DNA of 63,875 nt, the filler included, from Reticulomyxa filosa (lineage: Eukaryota; Protista; Foraminifera): assembly GCA_000512085.1 (NCBI GenBank). It is 11 parts of 11 records of this genome, joined end to end, with 100 filler letters (N's around TTAATTAATTAA, not from the genome) between each part and the next. Parts side by side here need not be neighbours in the genome. Positions count along the whole stretch, not along the records: positions 1 to 6,599 come from ASPP01017240.1; positions 6,700 to 10,932 come from ASPP01027301.1; positions 11,033 to 15,978 come from ASPP01006060.1; 8 more parts are not named here. One strand, 5' to 3'. How positions within the stretch are numbered: position 1 is the first letter of the stretch; each line of letters begins with the position of its first letter. The translations under genes and the position numbers were made by a program. Below the pieces are notes generated by a model. It was given only the letters and a program-made list of their open reading frames with translations. It made no database searches and was not told the origin of the DNA. This document shows positions 1 to 12,766 of the stretch, one piece after another.

Positions 1-1067
1 ATGATTGATTTTCTTCATGAAAAAACAGCGACCTAATTTTTTTTTTATTTCAAAAAATATCTATGGATCGTATGGTTTTTATATCATTTTGTTTTTATAT
101 CATTTTGTTTTTATTAGATCTTTAAATTTTTTGTTATCAAAAAATTTTTTTTTGCAGAACTTAATGTTATTTTCAAAGTTTGTACATTGTGAAGGCATTA
201 TTGTTTTTTGTTTAATGCAAACAAGTTAAGTAAATTCAAAGCTTAAGAACTGAAAATTTTTGTTTGTTTGAAGGTTTTTTTAGTGAAAATTATCATTTGA
301 TTAAATCACTTTTTGCATTGTATAATGCTTGTATTCGCCCTAGCATTTGTTTTATTAGGTTTGTCATGTTCTTTGTCAATTTTTCCATTTTAATTCGAAT
401 TATTTACAAAGTCCTTCTTTTGATATGACTTATAAGTTTTTGTATATTTTTGTTTTTACTATTCAACACAGATTTTTTATTGTATTCAGGTCTGGAGAAT
501 TTGTAGTGAAATCAAATGCTTTGATATAGTTTTGTTCAAACTATTCTTTTACTGTAATTATTGTGTAGCTGACGGCATTATCTTGCTGAAATATATAATT
601 TTCATTATCTTATAAACACTAAAAATGATTTTGAACAGTGCATCACATAGAATTTCTTTGTATATGACTGCATTGACAACTCCATTACTTTTACATGCAT
701 AACACTCCAAAGCAAGACCACAAGATTACACAAATACTAAATTTTGATGTTTTACTATTGCATTTTTGGTAAGTGATGCTCATGGTCTCTTCCAAGTATA
801 ACGACTTCTATAATACCTTTTAAATTAATTTTACTTTCATCAGATGAAAATATTTTTTTCCAATCATAGAATGTCCATTAATTGCACTTTTTTGCAATCC
901 TTTAGTCATTTAAAAAAAAATCGAAATGATTAAATATATCAAATATCAAAATATACTGAGCTAAAAATAAAGGACAAAATATTGAAATAATTAGGAATTA
1001 TACGATTCGCATATTTTTTTTTTTTTTTTAGATCGTATGCTGTTTTTTCATGAAGAAAATCAATCAT
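1..1067. repeat. Perfect 29-bp inverted repeat pair (1-29 and 1039-1067)
   Basis: ATGATTGATTTTCTTCATGAAAAAACAGC at 1-29 is the exact reverse complement of 1039-1067. The left copy is cut by the window edge. Confidence 0.8.
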
Positions 1068-1296
1068 CTCTATAAAGTGCAGTTTTATTGCCAACAACTT
1101 TCCTTTGCTTCTATTGTGTTTGAAATGTAATATGTTCTGGATCAGTAAGCAATGTAAATTTTTTTTGAGAGTTATTTTTATGTCCGCAGATTTTACCAAT
1201 AAAAAATTTGTCAAAACAAAAAAATGCCTTTGAAAACAAATCAATATCTTCCACACAAGAAAATAAAAAATTTCAAAAATCATTTCCAATAAAAGC

Positions 1297-4200
1297 TCAA
1301 AAAGTTCCACCATATTGTTCAACAACAGACATTTGCAACAAAGTTAAACCCTTTGCATCTTTCCAAGTACTGTTACTCAATGACAGACCAGTTCTTTGAA
1401 TACCACCTTGCCAAATGCATTTCCACAAAGAGTCCCTTTCGTTTTGCGAACATGAGACAATTTTTTTGTCATCCACTATAAAATGTGTCAAACTTGAACT
1501 AGCCGAAACATTACGGTACGATCGAATGGTACCATCACCTGAGCCTGATACAATTCCGTTACCATCAGGTGAAAATCTCACAGAATAAATAGCTCCTGAA
1601 CGACACTCCAAAGATTGAATTTGCTTCCCTGATGACACTTCCCACAGTTTAATGGTTTTGTCAGACGAACCAGATACGATTCTATTACCATCAGGTGAAA
1701 ATTGAACTGAAGTAATAGTATCTGAATGACCTCCTAAAGATTGAATTTGTTTTCCTGATAACACATCCCACAATCTAATAGTTTTGTCAGACGAACTAGA
1801 TACAATTCTGTTACCATCATGTGAAAATTGAACGCAAGTAATACCATTTGTATGACCCACCAAAGATTGAATTTGTTTTCCAGATAATACATCCCATAAT
1901 CGAATGATATTATCATGTGAGCCAGACACAATTTTTTCACCGTCAGGCGAAAATTGAACGCAAGTGACACCATTTGCATGACCCACTAAAGATTGAATTT
2001 GCTTTCCTGATGATACATCCCATAACCGAATGGTATTATCAGATGAACCAGATACAATTCTGTTTCCATCAGGTGAAAATTGAACGGAAGCAACAACACC
2101 TGAATGACCCACCAAGGATTGAATTTGTTTCCCTGATGTTGCATCCCACAATCGAATAGTTTTATCGGATGATCCAGATACAATTCTTTTCCCATCAGGA
2201 GAAAATTGAACGGAAAGAATACGACTTGAATGAGCTTCCAAAGTATATGTTTGTTTCCCAGATGACGCATCCCATAATCGAATGGTTTTATCGTGTGAGC
2301 CAGATACAATTTGATTACCATCAGATGAAAATTGAACGGAAGAGACAACATCTGAATGACCCACCAAAGATTGAATTTGTTTTCTAGAAGATGCATCCCA
2401 TAATCGAATAGTTTTATCAAGTGAAGCAGATACAATTTTATTTCCATTAGGTGAAAATTGAACAAAAGTAACACTATTTACATGACCTTCCAAAGATTGA
2501 ATTTGTTTTCCGGATGGTACGTCCCACAATCGAATAGTTTTATCAGATGAACCAGATACAATTCTGTTTCCATCAGGTGAAAATTGAACGGAATTGACAG
2601 TATCCAAATGGCCATCCAAAACATAAATTTGCTTTCCAGATGATGCATCCCATAATCGAACGGTATAATCATATGAGCCAGATACAATTTTTTCTCCGTC
2701 AGGTGAAAATTGAACAGAAGCAACAGCGCTTGAATGACCTTCCAAAGATTGGATTTGTTTTCCCGATGATACATCCCACAATCGAACGGTATCATCCCAT
2801 GCACCGGATACAATTCTATTTCCATCAGGTGAAAATTGAGCAAAAATAACACCATTTGTATGGCCCTCCAAAGATTGAATTTGTTTCCCTAATAATACAT
2901 CCCACAATCGGATGGTTTTATCGTGTGAGCTAGATACAATTCTGTTACCATCAGGTGAAAATTGAACTGAAGTAACAATACTTGAATGACCTTCCAGCAA
3001 CTGAATTTGTTTTCCAGAGGATACGTCCCACAGTCGGATGGTATTATCTTTTGCACCAGATACAACTTTGTCGCCATTAGATGAAAATTGGACCGAAGTA
3101 ACAGAACTTGAATGACCTTCTAAGCATTGTATTTGTTTTCCAGATGATACATCCCATACTCGAATGGTTTTATCAGATGAACAAGATGCAATTCTGTTTC
3201 CATCAGGTGAAAACTGAACAGAAAAAACTTTATCTGAATGACCTTTGAGATAACCATATTCACCAAAAGTAACTTGATTTACTGATGCCTTTGTGAAATT
3301 AGCATTACTGAGACAAGCTCTGAAAAAGCTCACGCTATCTAAAATAGCTTCTTTGAGACTTGTTCCTTCAAGGAAAGCATAATCTAGAATGGCGTGTGAT
3401 ATATTTATTTTATCCCAATTTCGATGACTCATACTAACCCTTGCTGAGTTGAGTATTGTTGCTGCATTTGCTGCTGCAATAGACACCTCTGAATTATTTT
3501 TAGAAGACTCAATGAGTCGAAATAACCGCGATTTCAAATTTACAAATATCAAACTATTATCATAAATTCTATCTGCAATAAATTGAGTTATTCCCATTTC
3601 TTCATTTAATAGTTTGCGGTTGATAAGAAATTTTTGGGCATATATTTCAAATTGTTGCTGAAATTGTTGGTCATCAATATGATTATTATTACTAACAGCA
3701 GCAACAATATTGGGTTTCCATGAAATAATATCAAATATAATTTTTTGTGCAGTATAATATTCTTGACATGATTTATGTAAAAATTGATATTTATTATCAC
3801 CAACTTTTCTTAATACATATTTTGCAATACTGTCACCATTGAAATATTGTTTCCAGTCATTTTGTGTTTTTTCAACAGACGTCTTAGTATCATTCATTTT
3901 TAGTTCTAATTTTTCATCCATATGTTTAGTTTCTATTTCCATTACTGGATCTAATTTACTCCAAATGTTATAATTTTCATTTTCTTTACAATCATTTTCT
4001 GTTGCAACTTGATTTCCTCGAATAAACATTTCAAATCCTAGATTTTGACAATATTGATGAAATGCCAATTTAATTTTTTGAGGATTTGTTTGAATTCTTA
4101 ATTCGGATAATTTATTTGCAATGTTTTCGACGTGCATATCAACCCATTGTTCATTGAATGCTTCGTATACTTGTGCTTTTGATATTTTAGTTCCAATAGA

Positions 4201-6240
4201 ATGTTGTTTCATTAATGATGGTAATACAGTTAATATCATTCGAAGTAAAAATGGTTCTTCCATCATTTTATTTAAATTTGGATAGTTTTTCAATATTTCT
4301 TCATATTGTCGTCTTGTCCAATCCAAATTGTCATTCATTTTATTTTTTTTATTCATCTTTGCAAATTTGTCAATATATCCATTCATTTGCCCTTTTGAAA
4401 AAGGCAACAAATATATCATTGGTGTTGTTGTTATGTTTTTTGATCCAATTAAGACATGCTGAATATCTTCATCATTTAATACATGACTTCGACATGTCAC
4501 TATTATCTTTGCACTCCATTCATTTAAATTAAATCGATTATAAAAATATCTTTCATTTTTATTATTATTTTTATCATATTTATCAAATATTTCATCAAAC
4601 CCATCCAAAATAAATATAAATGAGATATTTTCACGAATAATATCCATAATCTCTTTATTGATTTGTTTCATTTGTAAAGCTTGCGAAATAATTTGTTTTT
4701 CGTTCAGTTCATTATAGCATTTTGGTAATGAAATATAAATAGGAATAGATGTTGTATAATCATTTACATGTGATTCCCACAATGCCCCTTCTAAGTGACG
4801 ACAAAATAAACTTTTCCCTGATCCTGATTTTCCTTGTAAAATTGCTACTTGTTCATCTTTTTTTTCAGCCAACAAATCAGTTATATGTTGATGGCAATCA
4901 TATGAGTTATTGCCCTTGTTATCGTCATCAGTATATGGACAATTGCTTGCCTGTAATGGAATGTACATTTCGAGTGCTTGTAACATAGCTGTGTCTTCTT
5001 CTAATTCTCGTTTTCTTGATTTTTTTAATAATGATATAACATCAGAATAACTTGCTGGATTTGTTTCACCTATAATATGTTTCTTGAAATATTCAAATAA
5101 AATCACATGAATAGCCTGTCCTTTCATTTCCTTTGGATTGAAGTTACAAAGTTGATCATAAACAAATTTGGTCAATTTTAATGGAATATCATTTTTGGCA
5201 TTGATTTCTTCTTCATTTATTCCTTTTAGCTGTGGAGGTTTCAATATTCGAATTTCTGAATGTGGTTTGTAACGATTTGCAATTTTTTTGATTTCTTTTA
5301 AATCAATCCATTCACAAATTATATCATTGATTTTTGTCAATGTTTCATTGCTTGCTTGTTTTAATTCCTCTTCTTTTGATGAATTATTGGGTTTCCATGC
5401 TCGAATATGTTCATAAAATAAATGACTTAATTTTGGATTTTCAATGACAGTATATCCTTCCAACGTTGTGAAAATCTTCAATGTTGCTTGCATTTCAATA
5501 TATACCTCATGTTTTGGAACATATAATTTAATATTATGAAATCGATGATGAGTCTTTGATTGTTTACCGAAAAAATCTTTATCTTCGGACACAATCAGAT
5601 TGAATTGTTCAGCCTTTTTCATCACTGCAACTGCAGTTTGTAATTTAGTAGGATTATCGCATAGAATTGTAAATCTTCCAATATCAAAAGCTTGATTAAA
5701 ATCACCAGCATAATCTGCTTGAATCTTTTCCAATAATCTTTCATTCCCTTTTAAACTAGGTGGTTTCACAACTGTAATTTCGAATTTCTGTAGTTCTGTT
5801 ACCAAATTTTTAATTTCGGCGCTATTCATTGCCTGTTCACTTCTATCTCTTAAATCTTCAATACTCTTTGCGTGTTGTCTTATTTTGTTTGCTTTTAATT
5901 CATAAGACAACCCAGATTTGATTGCATATGAAGATTGATAATTATTATCCTTTATAGGTATTGAATCACCACTTGCACAAATGGAATGTTCGGAATTGTA
6001 AAACATTGCTTTGACAATGGATGTGATTGTTGCTTTTTTACAATCAGGACAATTAAAAGATGTCTTGTTTGATAAAAAAGTAATGTTATTAAATCCAATA
6101 TTCACCCACACTGGCAACTTGGCTTTTGATGCTAAACATGTTTCATTTGCGCAATATCCTTGCAAATCAATCCCTCCAACTTCTGTTTTTTTCGTTTCCT
6201 TTTTTACATTTTTGTTATTATTGTCGTTGACTTCATTCAT
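1297..6240 (-). CDS. NLR/STAND-like protein: Cys-rich N-terminus + RelA/SpoT-like nucleotidyltransferase + NACHT NTPase + pentapeptide repeats + 14 WD40 repeats
   Basis: Single 1647-aa ORF. Walker A GKSGSGKS and Walker [18 protein letters not shown] and winged-helix [11 protein letters not shown] motifs. A(D/N)Lxx-like pentapeptides precede 14 GH..WD repeats of 42 aa. N-terminal motifs SLKxxxRxxEK, DIGRFTI and EMQAT. Confidence 0.93.
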   Translation of the reverse strand: MNEVNDNNNKNVKKETKKTEVGGIDLQGYCANETCLASKAKLPVWVNIGFNNITFLSNKTSFNCPDCKKATITSIVKAMFYNSEHSICASGDSIPIKDNNYQSSYAIKSGLSYELKANKIRQHAKSIEDLRDRSEQAMNSAEIKNLVTELQKFEITVVKPPSLKGNERLLEKIQADYAGDFNQAFDIGRFTILCDNPTKLQTAVAVMKKAEQFNLIVSEDKDFFGKQSKTHHRFHNIKLYVPKHEVYIEMQATLKIFTTLEGYTVIENPKLSHLFYEHIRAWKPNNSSKEEELKQASNETLTKINDIICEWIDLKEIKKIANRYKPHSEIRILKPPQLKGINEEEINAKNDIPLKLTKFVYDQLCNFNPKEMKGQAIHVILFEYFKKHIIGETNPASYSDVISLLKKSRKRELEEDTAMLQALEMYIPLQASNCPYTDDDNKGNNSYDCHQHITDLLAEKKDEQVAILQGKSGSGKSLFCRHLEGALWESHVNDYTTSIPIYISLPKCYNELNEKQIISQALQMKQINKEIMDIIRENISFIFILDGFDEIFDKYDKNNNKNERYFYNRFNLNEWSAKIIVTCRSHVLNDEDIQHVLIGSKNITTTPMIYLLPFSKGQMNGYIDKFAKMNKKNKMNDNLDWTRRQYEEILKNYPNLNKMMEEPFLLRMILTVLPSLMKQHSIGTKISKAQVYEAFNEQWVDMHVENIANKLSELRIQTNPQKIKLAFHQYCQNLGFEMFIRGNQVATENDCKENENYNIWSKLDPVMEIETKHMDEKLELKMNDTKTSVEKTQNDWKQYFNGDSIAKYVLRKVGDNKYQFLHKSCQEYYTAQKIIFDIISWKPNIVAAVSNNNHIDDQQFQQQFEIYAQKFLINRKLLNEEMGITQFIADRIYDNSLIFVNLKSRLFRLIESSKNNSEVSIAAANAATILNSARVSMSHRNWDKINISHAILDYAFLEGTSLKEAILDSVSFFRACLSNANFTKASVNQVTFGEYGYLKGHSDKVFSVQFSPDGNRIASCSSDKTIRVWDVSSGKQIQCLEGHSSSVTSVQFSSNGDKVVSGAKDNTIRLWDVSSGKQIQLLEGHSSIVTSVQFSPDGNRIVSSSHDKTIRLWDVLLGKQIQSLEGHTNGVIFAQFSPDGNRIVSGAWDDTVRLWDVSSGKQIQSLEGHSSAVASVQFSPDGEKIVSGSYDYTVRLWDASSGKQIYVLDGHLDTVNSVQFSPDGNRIVSGSSDKTIRLWDVPSGKQIQSLEGHVNSVTFVQFSPNGNKIVSASLDKTIRLWDASSRKQIQSLVGHSDVVSSVQFSSDGNQIVSGSHDKTIRLWDASSGKQTYTLEAHSSRILSVQFSPDGKRIVSGSSDKTIRLWDATSGKQIQSLVGHSGVVASVQFSPDGNRIVSGSSDNTIRLWDVSSGKQIQSLVGHANGVTCVQFSPDGEKIVSGSHDNIIRLWDVLSGKQIQSLVGHTNGITCVQFSHDGNRIVSSSSDKTIRLWDVLSGKQIQSLGGHSDTITSVQFSPDGNRIVSGSSDKTIKLWEVSSGKQIQSLECRSGAIYSVRFSPDGNGIVSGSGDGTIRSYRNVSASSSLTHFIVDDKKIVSCSQNERDSLWKCIWQGGIQRTGLSLSNSTWKDAKGLTLLQMSVVEQYGGTF
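1510..3255 (-). repeat. Tandem array of 14 x 126-nt WD40-coding units with high internal identity
   Basis: Units such as CCATCAGGTGAAAATTGAAC and GATTGAATTTGTTTTCC recur every 126 nt. Confidence 0.95.
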
Positions 6241-6599
6241 TGCATTTCCTTGTTCTTGTTTCTATTTATCATTTCAAACCAGAAGCAAAGATACAATAAG
6301 TACAACTAAAACAAATAGCTGTATGTATTACCTCGTTGCATTTTATTTCTGATTCTGATGTATCCTTTATGTATATCATATATTAGCAATACTCATAAAA
6401 TAGAATAACATATTATTTGAATACCTCTTTAATCACCAATTCTATATTTCTGTTATAATCTTCGTTGGTCAAATCTCCGAGCAAACGGATCAACGTTTTT
6501 ATTTCTTTGCCACGTTTTTGGTCTTTCTTATTTATATCACCACGATTGCTCCCTTACATTTTACGGTCTCTGTTATACACAATTGCAATACTTTTTTTT

Positions 6600-6699
6600 N
6601 NNNNNNNNNNNNNNNNNNNNNNNNNNNNNNNNNNNNNNNNNNNTTAATTAATTAANNNNNNNNNNNNNNNNNNNNNNNNNNNNNNNNNNNNNNNNNNNN
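6600..6699. other. Artificial contig spacer N44-TTAATTAATTAA-N44. Also at 10933-11032, 15979-16078, 20387-20486, 30355-30454, 53393-53492, 54574-54673, 56815-56914, 59946-60045 and 62776-62875
   Basis: Ten identical 100-nt blocks, each with a linker carrying stop codons in all six frames. Confidence 0.98.
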
Positions 6700-7449
6700 A
6701 TGGATCATATGCAAATTACTTGGAGTAATTTCAACTGAATTGGCTAATAGAGGATACATCAATTAACCATAGTTCTTATTAGGATTTTCCAAGTTTATTT
6801 AAAGTGTTAAAGAAATATATCGTGAATGGGTTCAATTTTATTTCGATGATGATGTGTTTTATTTTCAAGTGACCCCTTAAATTTTTTTTGTGTGTAATGA
6901 TATTTCTCCCTAATTCTTTGTAAAATACCTTTTTGGAATTTCAATTGCAAGTGCACAAATCATTAAAAGGTATTCAATCTCACACATTGAAACTAAACTA
7001 CATACAAAAAAAAAGAACAAATAAGACAAGCCAAATTGTTCCAAACCATTCTTATCATCGAAAGGATTCGGACATATTTACTTTATTTAATATAAAGGAT
7101 ATAATTTTTATTTGTTTAATTTTTGACGAATCGAGTGTTTTTGAATAAAATTCAATTATACATCTGAAAAGTTAAAATTGGCACATGTCAATTTAAAATT
7201 GGGAAATGAAAAACACAAACAAAATCTCAGTAGTAAGCCATATTATATATAGTTGAGCTAGATAAACAAATATTTTAATTTTGGTTTAACGGTTAAGTGA
7301 AACTCTAGACAAATTTGAATTGAATTTTAAAAAGAAAACACCCGGAAAAACTGTTAAACAATACAGGATAGCTTCAAAAAAAGAACATCAGCTCAATAGT
7401 ACAGTCTTACACTAATTTAAATGGAATGCATAAAGATCTAATCGGGCTG

Positions 7450-8860
7450 AGACAAGCCTTGCAAAAAAGACGATTCTTTCAACCAAATAAAACAATCAAA
7501 AAAACAAAAAAAATAAATGGAAAAAGTGGCCGTGTTAAATGCTTCAAGATGTTCAGAGCCTTCAGACGCAAAGACGCCCACTTACGTTTTCTGTCTTTCG
7601 TATAATCAATTTTATAACGTATATCGTATGGACTGCTTCGTTGATTGATCATATAAAACATGTCAAAGATATCTTTGCATTCTTTCGACATATCAATATC
7701 ATTAAATGCCAAAGATATCTATGGTACGATATACAATTTTTTTGCTTTTATTTTTGTTTGGAAATTTGGAGAAATCGCATTACAATATATGTCTATGTGT
7801 TTGTGTACATCACAATCGTTTTACACTTTATTTTGTTTTTTTTGATTGGTTGCCTTTTGACTTGTGGGAAAGTGAACAAGATGTGAAACGCCTCAAAAAG
7901 ATACCTGTACAACTTCAACCTCGTGTAAATATACTTGTCGTCATCCCACGCGTTCCACAGCACAACTTAAGATAAAGACTGTTCTTTAAACCAAGCAATA
8001 ATGGACCGGAACTTTGACAAGGTTCTTGAAGAATTCAATGTTCGATATTTTCCAATAGTGGTCATGACCTGGATAAAGTAATGGTCCATGCATTTGGGGA
8101 TCGAAACCTTCATTTTCTTGATTTTTTTGATAATGCGTTCCGAGATCGTGGTAGCTGTATTTGATTTGCTTCTGTCGATAACAATTACATACCTTGCAAT
8201 AAGATTGACCAGATGATAACGATGGTAATGCAATCGAAGACATCTTTGGCGGCAGCTAAACAATAAGCGAAGAAGAAGAAAAGATGCGTTGGTAGATTGT
8301 GGTTCCAAGAATAGATCATGGTATTGACAATGATTTGATCATTGTTTGATGTGTTGAGCTACGCTTTGTGTCTGGCATTAATTGAGAAGAGGATCGACGC
8401 GGGATGATGAATCGCACTTATATGTACAATGACAGGATTGTTCATGTATTTGGCAAAAAATGGAGTGATATGTATTATTACAAGGATGAGATATGGTAGG
8501 TATTGTGAGGGCCATGTCTCCTTGAAAAAGATTCATCAATTTGTATTTGACTAAGTGGAGATGGTACTTCTGATATATTGTTTCTGGTCCAATCTCTTTT
8601 GTATTGATAATATTCGCAATCGTTGGGGTTATTTGTCATGGAAGAGTCACTATATTATTGCTTTCTGGATATTGCTTTCACGTCAAATCTTTTTTTAGTT
8701 TTTTAACATCCCCGCTCTTACTAAGACAGCAGTATTTGCTCTAACATTTGTGCACATACTCTTCTTCTTCTTCATTTGTGGGTTCCACCATATGCACCGC
8801 CTGTGGACTAACGTATCCTTGTTGTTGTAAAAACAACAAACAAACAAACAATAAATTAGG
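7450..8860 (-). mobile_element. Decayed dispersed repeat, probably a non-LTR retrotransposon (RT) remnant
   Basis: The minus strand of 8440-8850 is a diverged copy of 54110-54573(+). Broken frames give RT-like fragments (AKDVFDCI; IDYTKDRKRKWASLRLKALNILKHL) with many stops. Confidence 0.45.
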
Positions 8861-9399
8861 TCAAGTTGTTTAGAAAGAAAGATAAAAATAATCCATGTTT
8901 TTTTAACTTCAATCCTCTTTCAAATGCATTCGATCATAGGAATAATCCAATTCAATCAAATCTTTTTTGATGACAATAGCAACAGTTCTTTCGCAATCAA
9001 TTGCAAAATACAACAACTTTAATCTTTGGTGTATCGACATCGGATCCATAATAAGTGCATGTGAAAAGCAATTAATGATATTTGGACAAATTGTGCATAT
9101 TGATGGCTTGAGTGAAAGTAGTGTGTTAATTTGAATGTTGCTATGGACTGTTACTTATGTTTCGTTTCAATAAATATCATCCATAACAACTTATAGCTTG
9201 GTGACACGTGTTAGCGCATTTTATGGATTGATTGTGTCGATCCTTTTCATTTACACTATCTATTTGATTCACTTGATAAATTTCATTGCCACTTTCATTA
9301 TTTCTTAAATAACCCATATATTTCTAATGTCATTGATTCATTTTGCTTTTTTTCTTTTCTTCTTCTTTCTTTTTCTTTCATTTCAAACCTAAAGTACAT

Positions 9400-10500
9400 T
9401 ATTCTACAAATGAAGATGTCAATGTTCACATTGTTTTGATTACAACATATTATTACAACTGAAAATATGAAAATAATATACCTTCAAATAGGACTCCATG
9501 CCATTTTGTACGTTTTGAATTTGAATAATAGCAGGATTTCATACAAGAGAAGCATCCTCTGAATATGTATTTGCTCGAATATTCTCTACTACTTGCATTC
9601 ATATTCGCTGCAACTCTGGCAAACTTGTCTTTCCTGGATTGTATGTATTATATATGTCGATTTGAACTTGTCACAAAACAATCCACTTTTGAATTATAAT
9701 TGCGATACACCAAGAGAAGACAATTGGATAATGACACATTCACCCACGACGATATTAGTAAATTGGAAACTTTGTTGAGGTTAATCGTGTCCGATAGTCG
9801 ATTGTTCGCGGCAACACGATTTGAAGAGAATGCAGTTTGAGTAGCACTTTTGTCGGAGGAGCTATGTGGCTCACAAGCAGTGTCAGTACCATCTGCTACC
9901 AAGGATAAGACTTTTAATGCTTCCAATTCAGCCAATGCATGATTGACAATAGAATCGTGTTATATACCGACTTTACTTTGGACAGGCATTTAATAATATC
10001 TAACGCCTTCACTGCAACAACATTTTTTGTTTCATATCCATATAATAAATAGCCCATTAATTGGAGATTATTGAAAAAAAAGCCAACCCGTTGATGTTAT
10101 TTGAAGCAAATAGTTATCTTTCTTTTTTCCTTTTGATGATAGATCGACATGCATAATTCAGTTTGAATTATTTCGACATGGAATCTTGGAGGCAGCATTC
10201 AATTCGTATTTAGGTAAATATTAATTATGTGCTCGAGTTCACAATGCAATCTTTTTTGACAGGCGAATGTCCATACGAATTATTGGATCAATGGTACTTG
10301 ATGACGCGGTTGTTGTCACTGGTGATCTGTTGGTATTTTTGTGAATAGGGGATATAATGAAACAACATCTAAAGTGAATATATGATAAAATGGTAACATT
10401 GTTTGTTGAATCTTGCCCATCGAATCCATTGTATTTTTCACGTCTTGTCTTCTTCTCCAAAAAAAAATTTGGCGCATCCACGCAGCTTCACCTGTATAAT
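9400..10500 (-). pseudogene. Possible decayed LINE RNase H / C-terminal remnant
   Basis: An ALAELEALKVL motif resembles the RNase H AEL.A helix. Frames are fragmented and GC is slightly above the flanks. Confidence 0.25.
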
Positions 10501-11032
10501 GTTATACGTATGTTTTCACATTGACTTTTTTTAAACAAACACAAAGAAAAAATTAACTTAACTTTTGTTGTAGTCCCACGCGGGAACATCAATTTTTCCA
10601 ATAAAAAAATTAAAATTTAAAATAAATTTTTCCTTTCTTATTCTTTTCTTTTCTTCCTTTAATAATATTCATTTTTTTCTTGTTACATACTTTTTTCTTT
10701 TTTTTTTTTCTTTATCATTAGTTTTTTTTTTCTTATTTATTATTCCATCTTTTTTTTAATTTCTCCTTTTTTTTTCTTTCCACCCTTTTTTTAAATTATT
10801 CATTTTCTTTTTTTTCTCATCCCTTTTTTTCTCTTCTCCCTTTATTATCTATTGTTTCCCCCCCCCCTTTTACAATTTCTCCAAACACTCACAAATTTTT
10901 TTTTACATGTTGAACAAATAAAAAAAAATATANNNNNNNNNNNNNNNNNNNNNNNNNNNNNNNNNNNNNNNNNNNNTTAATTAATTAANNNNNNNNNNNN
11001 NNNNNNNNNNNNNNNNNNNNNNNNNNNNNNNN

Positions 11033-11069
<37 letters not shown>

Positions 11070-11090
11070 TATATATGTATTGTTTGATAG

Positions 11091-12481
11091 TGGAAAATAC
11101 ATCGAAAAGCAGCGTCGCGAATGTTTTCGATGCGTAATTTGAAAGAGTATATGTTCGAGTGCGCAGTGTCAGGAAGCAAGCGCGTGATGGAGAAGTTGAA
11201 GGAATTGAATCAACTGGAAAGTTCGAAGCGTGATGGCATTGACATGAGTGATGTGTTGGGGAGATTTACGTTGGACTCGTTCATCGAAATCTGCTTTGGC
11301 AAGTCGCTGCACATTATCGAGACCGCACCAAAGCAACACGCGTTTAGTGAGGCCTTTGACGAAAGCGTGTACATTTGCAGCGTGAGGTCCTTTGACCCCT
11401 TTTGGAAATGGAAACAGCTCTTTAACATTGGACTTGAAAGCAAAATGCAACAAAACGAAAAAACACTCAATGATTTCGTCTATCGTTTATTGGACATTGA
11501 CACGGTAACAAAAAAAAAAAAAAACATAAAAACATAAAAATTTTGTTGTTGTTGTTGTTTTTTTTATATGTGTATACGAATACAATGTAAATGTATATGT
11601 ACGTATAAGCGTCGTCAATTGGTGGATGAAAGTGGTGTGAATAAACATGATGTAATTTCACTGTATTTGTCATTGGAACCGAACATAAGCCGAAAGGAGC
11701 TTCGCGATATCGCGTTGAATATGATAATCGCTGGAAGGGATACCACGCGGACGTTGCTGTCATGGTTCTTTTATGCCATTGAAAATAAACCCGCCATTAT
11801 TGACAAAATTCTCAAGGAAATCAATTCCATTTCGCAGTCCGATATTTCCTTTCACCAGGCGTCTGATGAGTTTTGTTTTTCGATTGAACTTTCTACACTG
11901 ACTTTTTTTTTTTTTTTCTGATCTTCTTTTCCCAAAGGTTAGCAATAAATAAATGAATAAATAAGATTGATAACTTACGTCGCAAAAAAAAAAAAAAAAA
12001 AAAAAGGATGAAATATACAGAATGTGCACTGTTGGAAACTTTGAGGTTGTATCCTCCAGTTGGGTGGTCATGGAGATACGCACGACAAGATATGTCGTTC
12101 CCTGAAAAACAATTTTATATTCGCAAAGGGGAATCGTTGAGTGTTCAGCACTGGTCTATGGGTAGGAGCCCAGATATATGGGGAAAAGACGCCTTAGTAT
12201 TCGACCCAATGCGTTGGTATGAAAATGGCTTACTCACTAAATCGCCTTTTGAGTTTGTCCAGTTCCACATCCCTCCAAGGCTTTGTTTGGGTCGCCATTT
12301 TGCGTTGCTTGAAGCCAAAGTGTTTCTTTTTTACTTTTTTAAGAATTTCAAGTTCAAAGCGGTCAAGTGTAGAGAGGTTAGCTATGATCACAATGAACAT
12401 CACAAAGTCATTGTTGGCTATTCGTCTGGGGCTCTTATGCAAATGACTGATGGCTACTTCCTTCGTTTAACGGAAATTTAG
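11091..12481 (+). CDS. Cytochrome P450, CYP86/CYP704-like clan (fatty-acid omega-hydroxylase type), 5'-truncated, 3 exons visible
   Basis: I-helix LRDIALNMIIAGRDTT, K-helix ETLRLYPPV, FDPMRW, and heme motif FHIPPRLCLG. GT-AG introns at ~11505-11609 and 11870-12006. Confidence 0.92.
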
Positions 12482-12766
12482 TCATTGATTGTTTTTGTGG
12501 TAATTTGTTTTTTTTTGGCTGTTCGTAAGTATTATCAGCTTTATAAAAATTATTTGTTCTATATTAGTGCATGATATCTTGCTAACGATATTAACAATAG
12601 CCATTGGCTTTACACATTGACAAGCTTGTCTTCAGACATGTTCAAAAACTTCCTTTATTTGTTCAAACACTTTTTTCTGGACCAAAAAAAGGGTTCATTT
12701 AGAGTGCACTTTGAGAAAAAGTTAAAAAAAAAGAGAATAGAAGTAATAGTACGAGTTTTATTAGCA

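Noticed and set aside
1734-3077. Repetitive alternative-frame ORFs inside the WD40 array
   Set aside because: Shadows of the 126-nt periodicity, with no independent coding signal.
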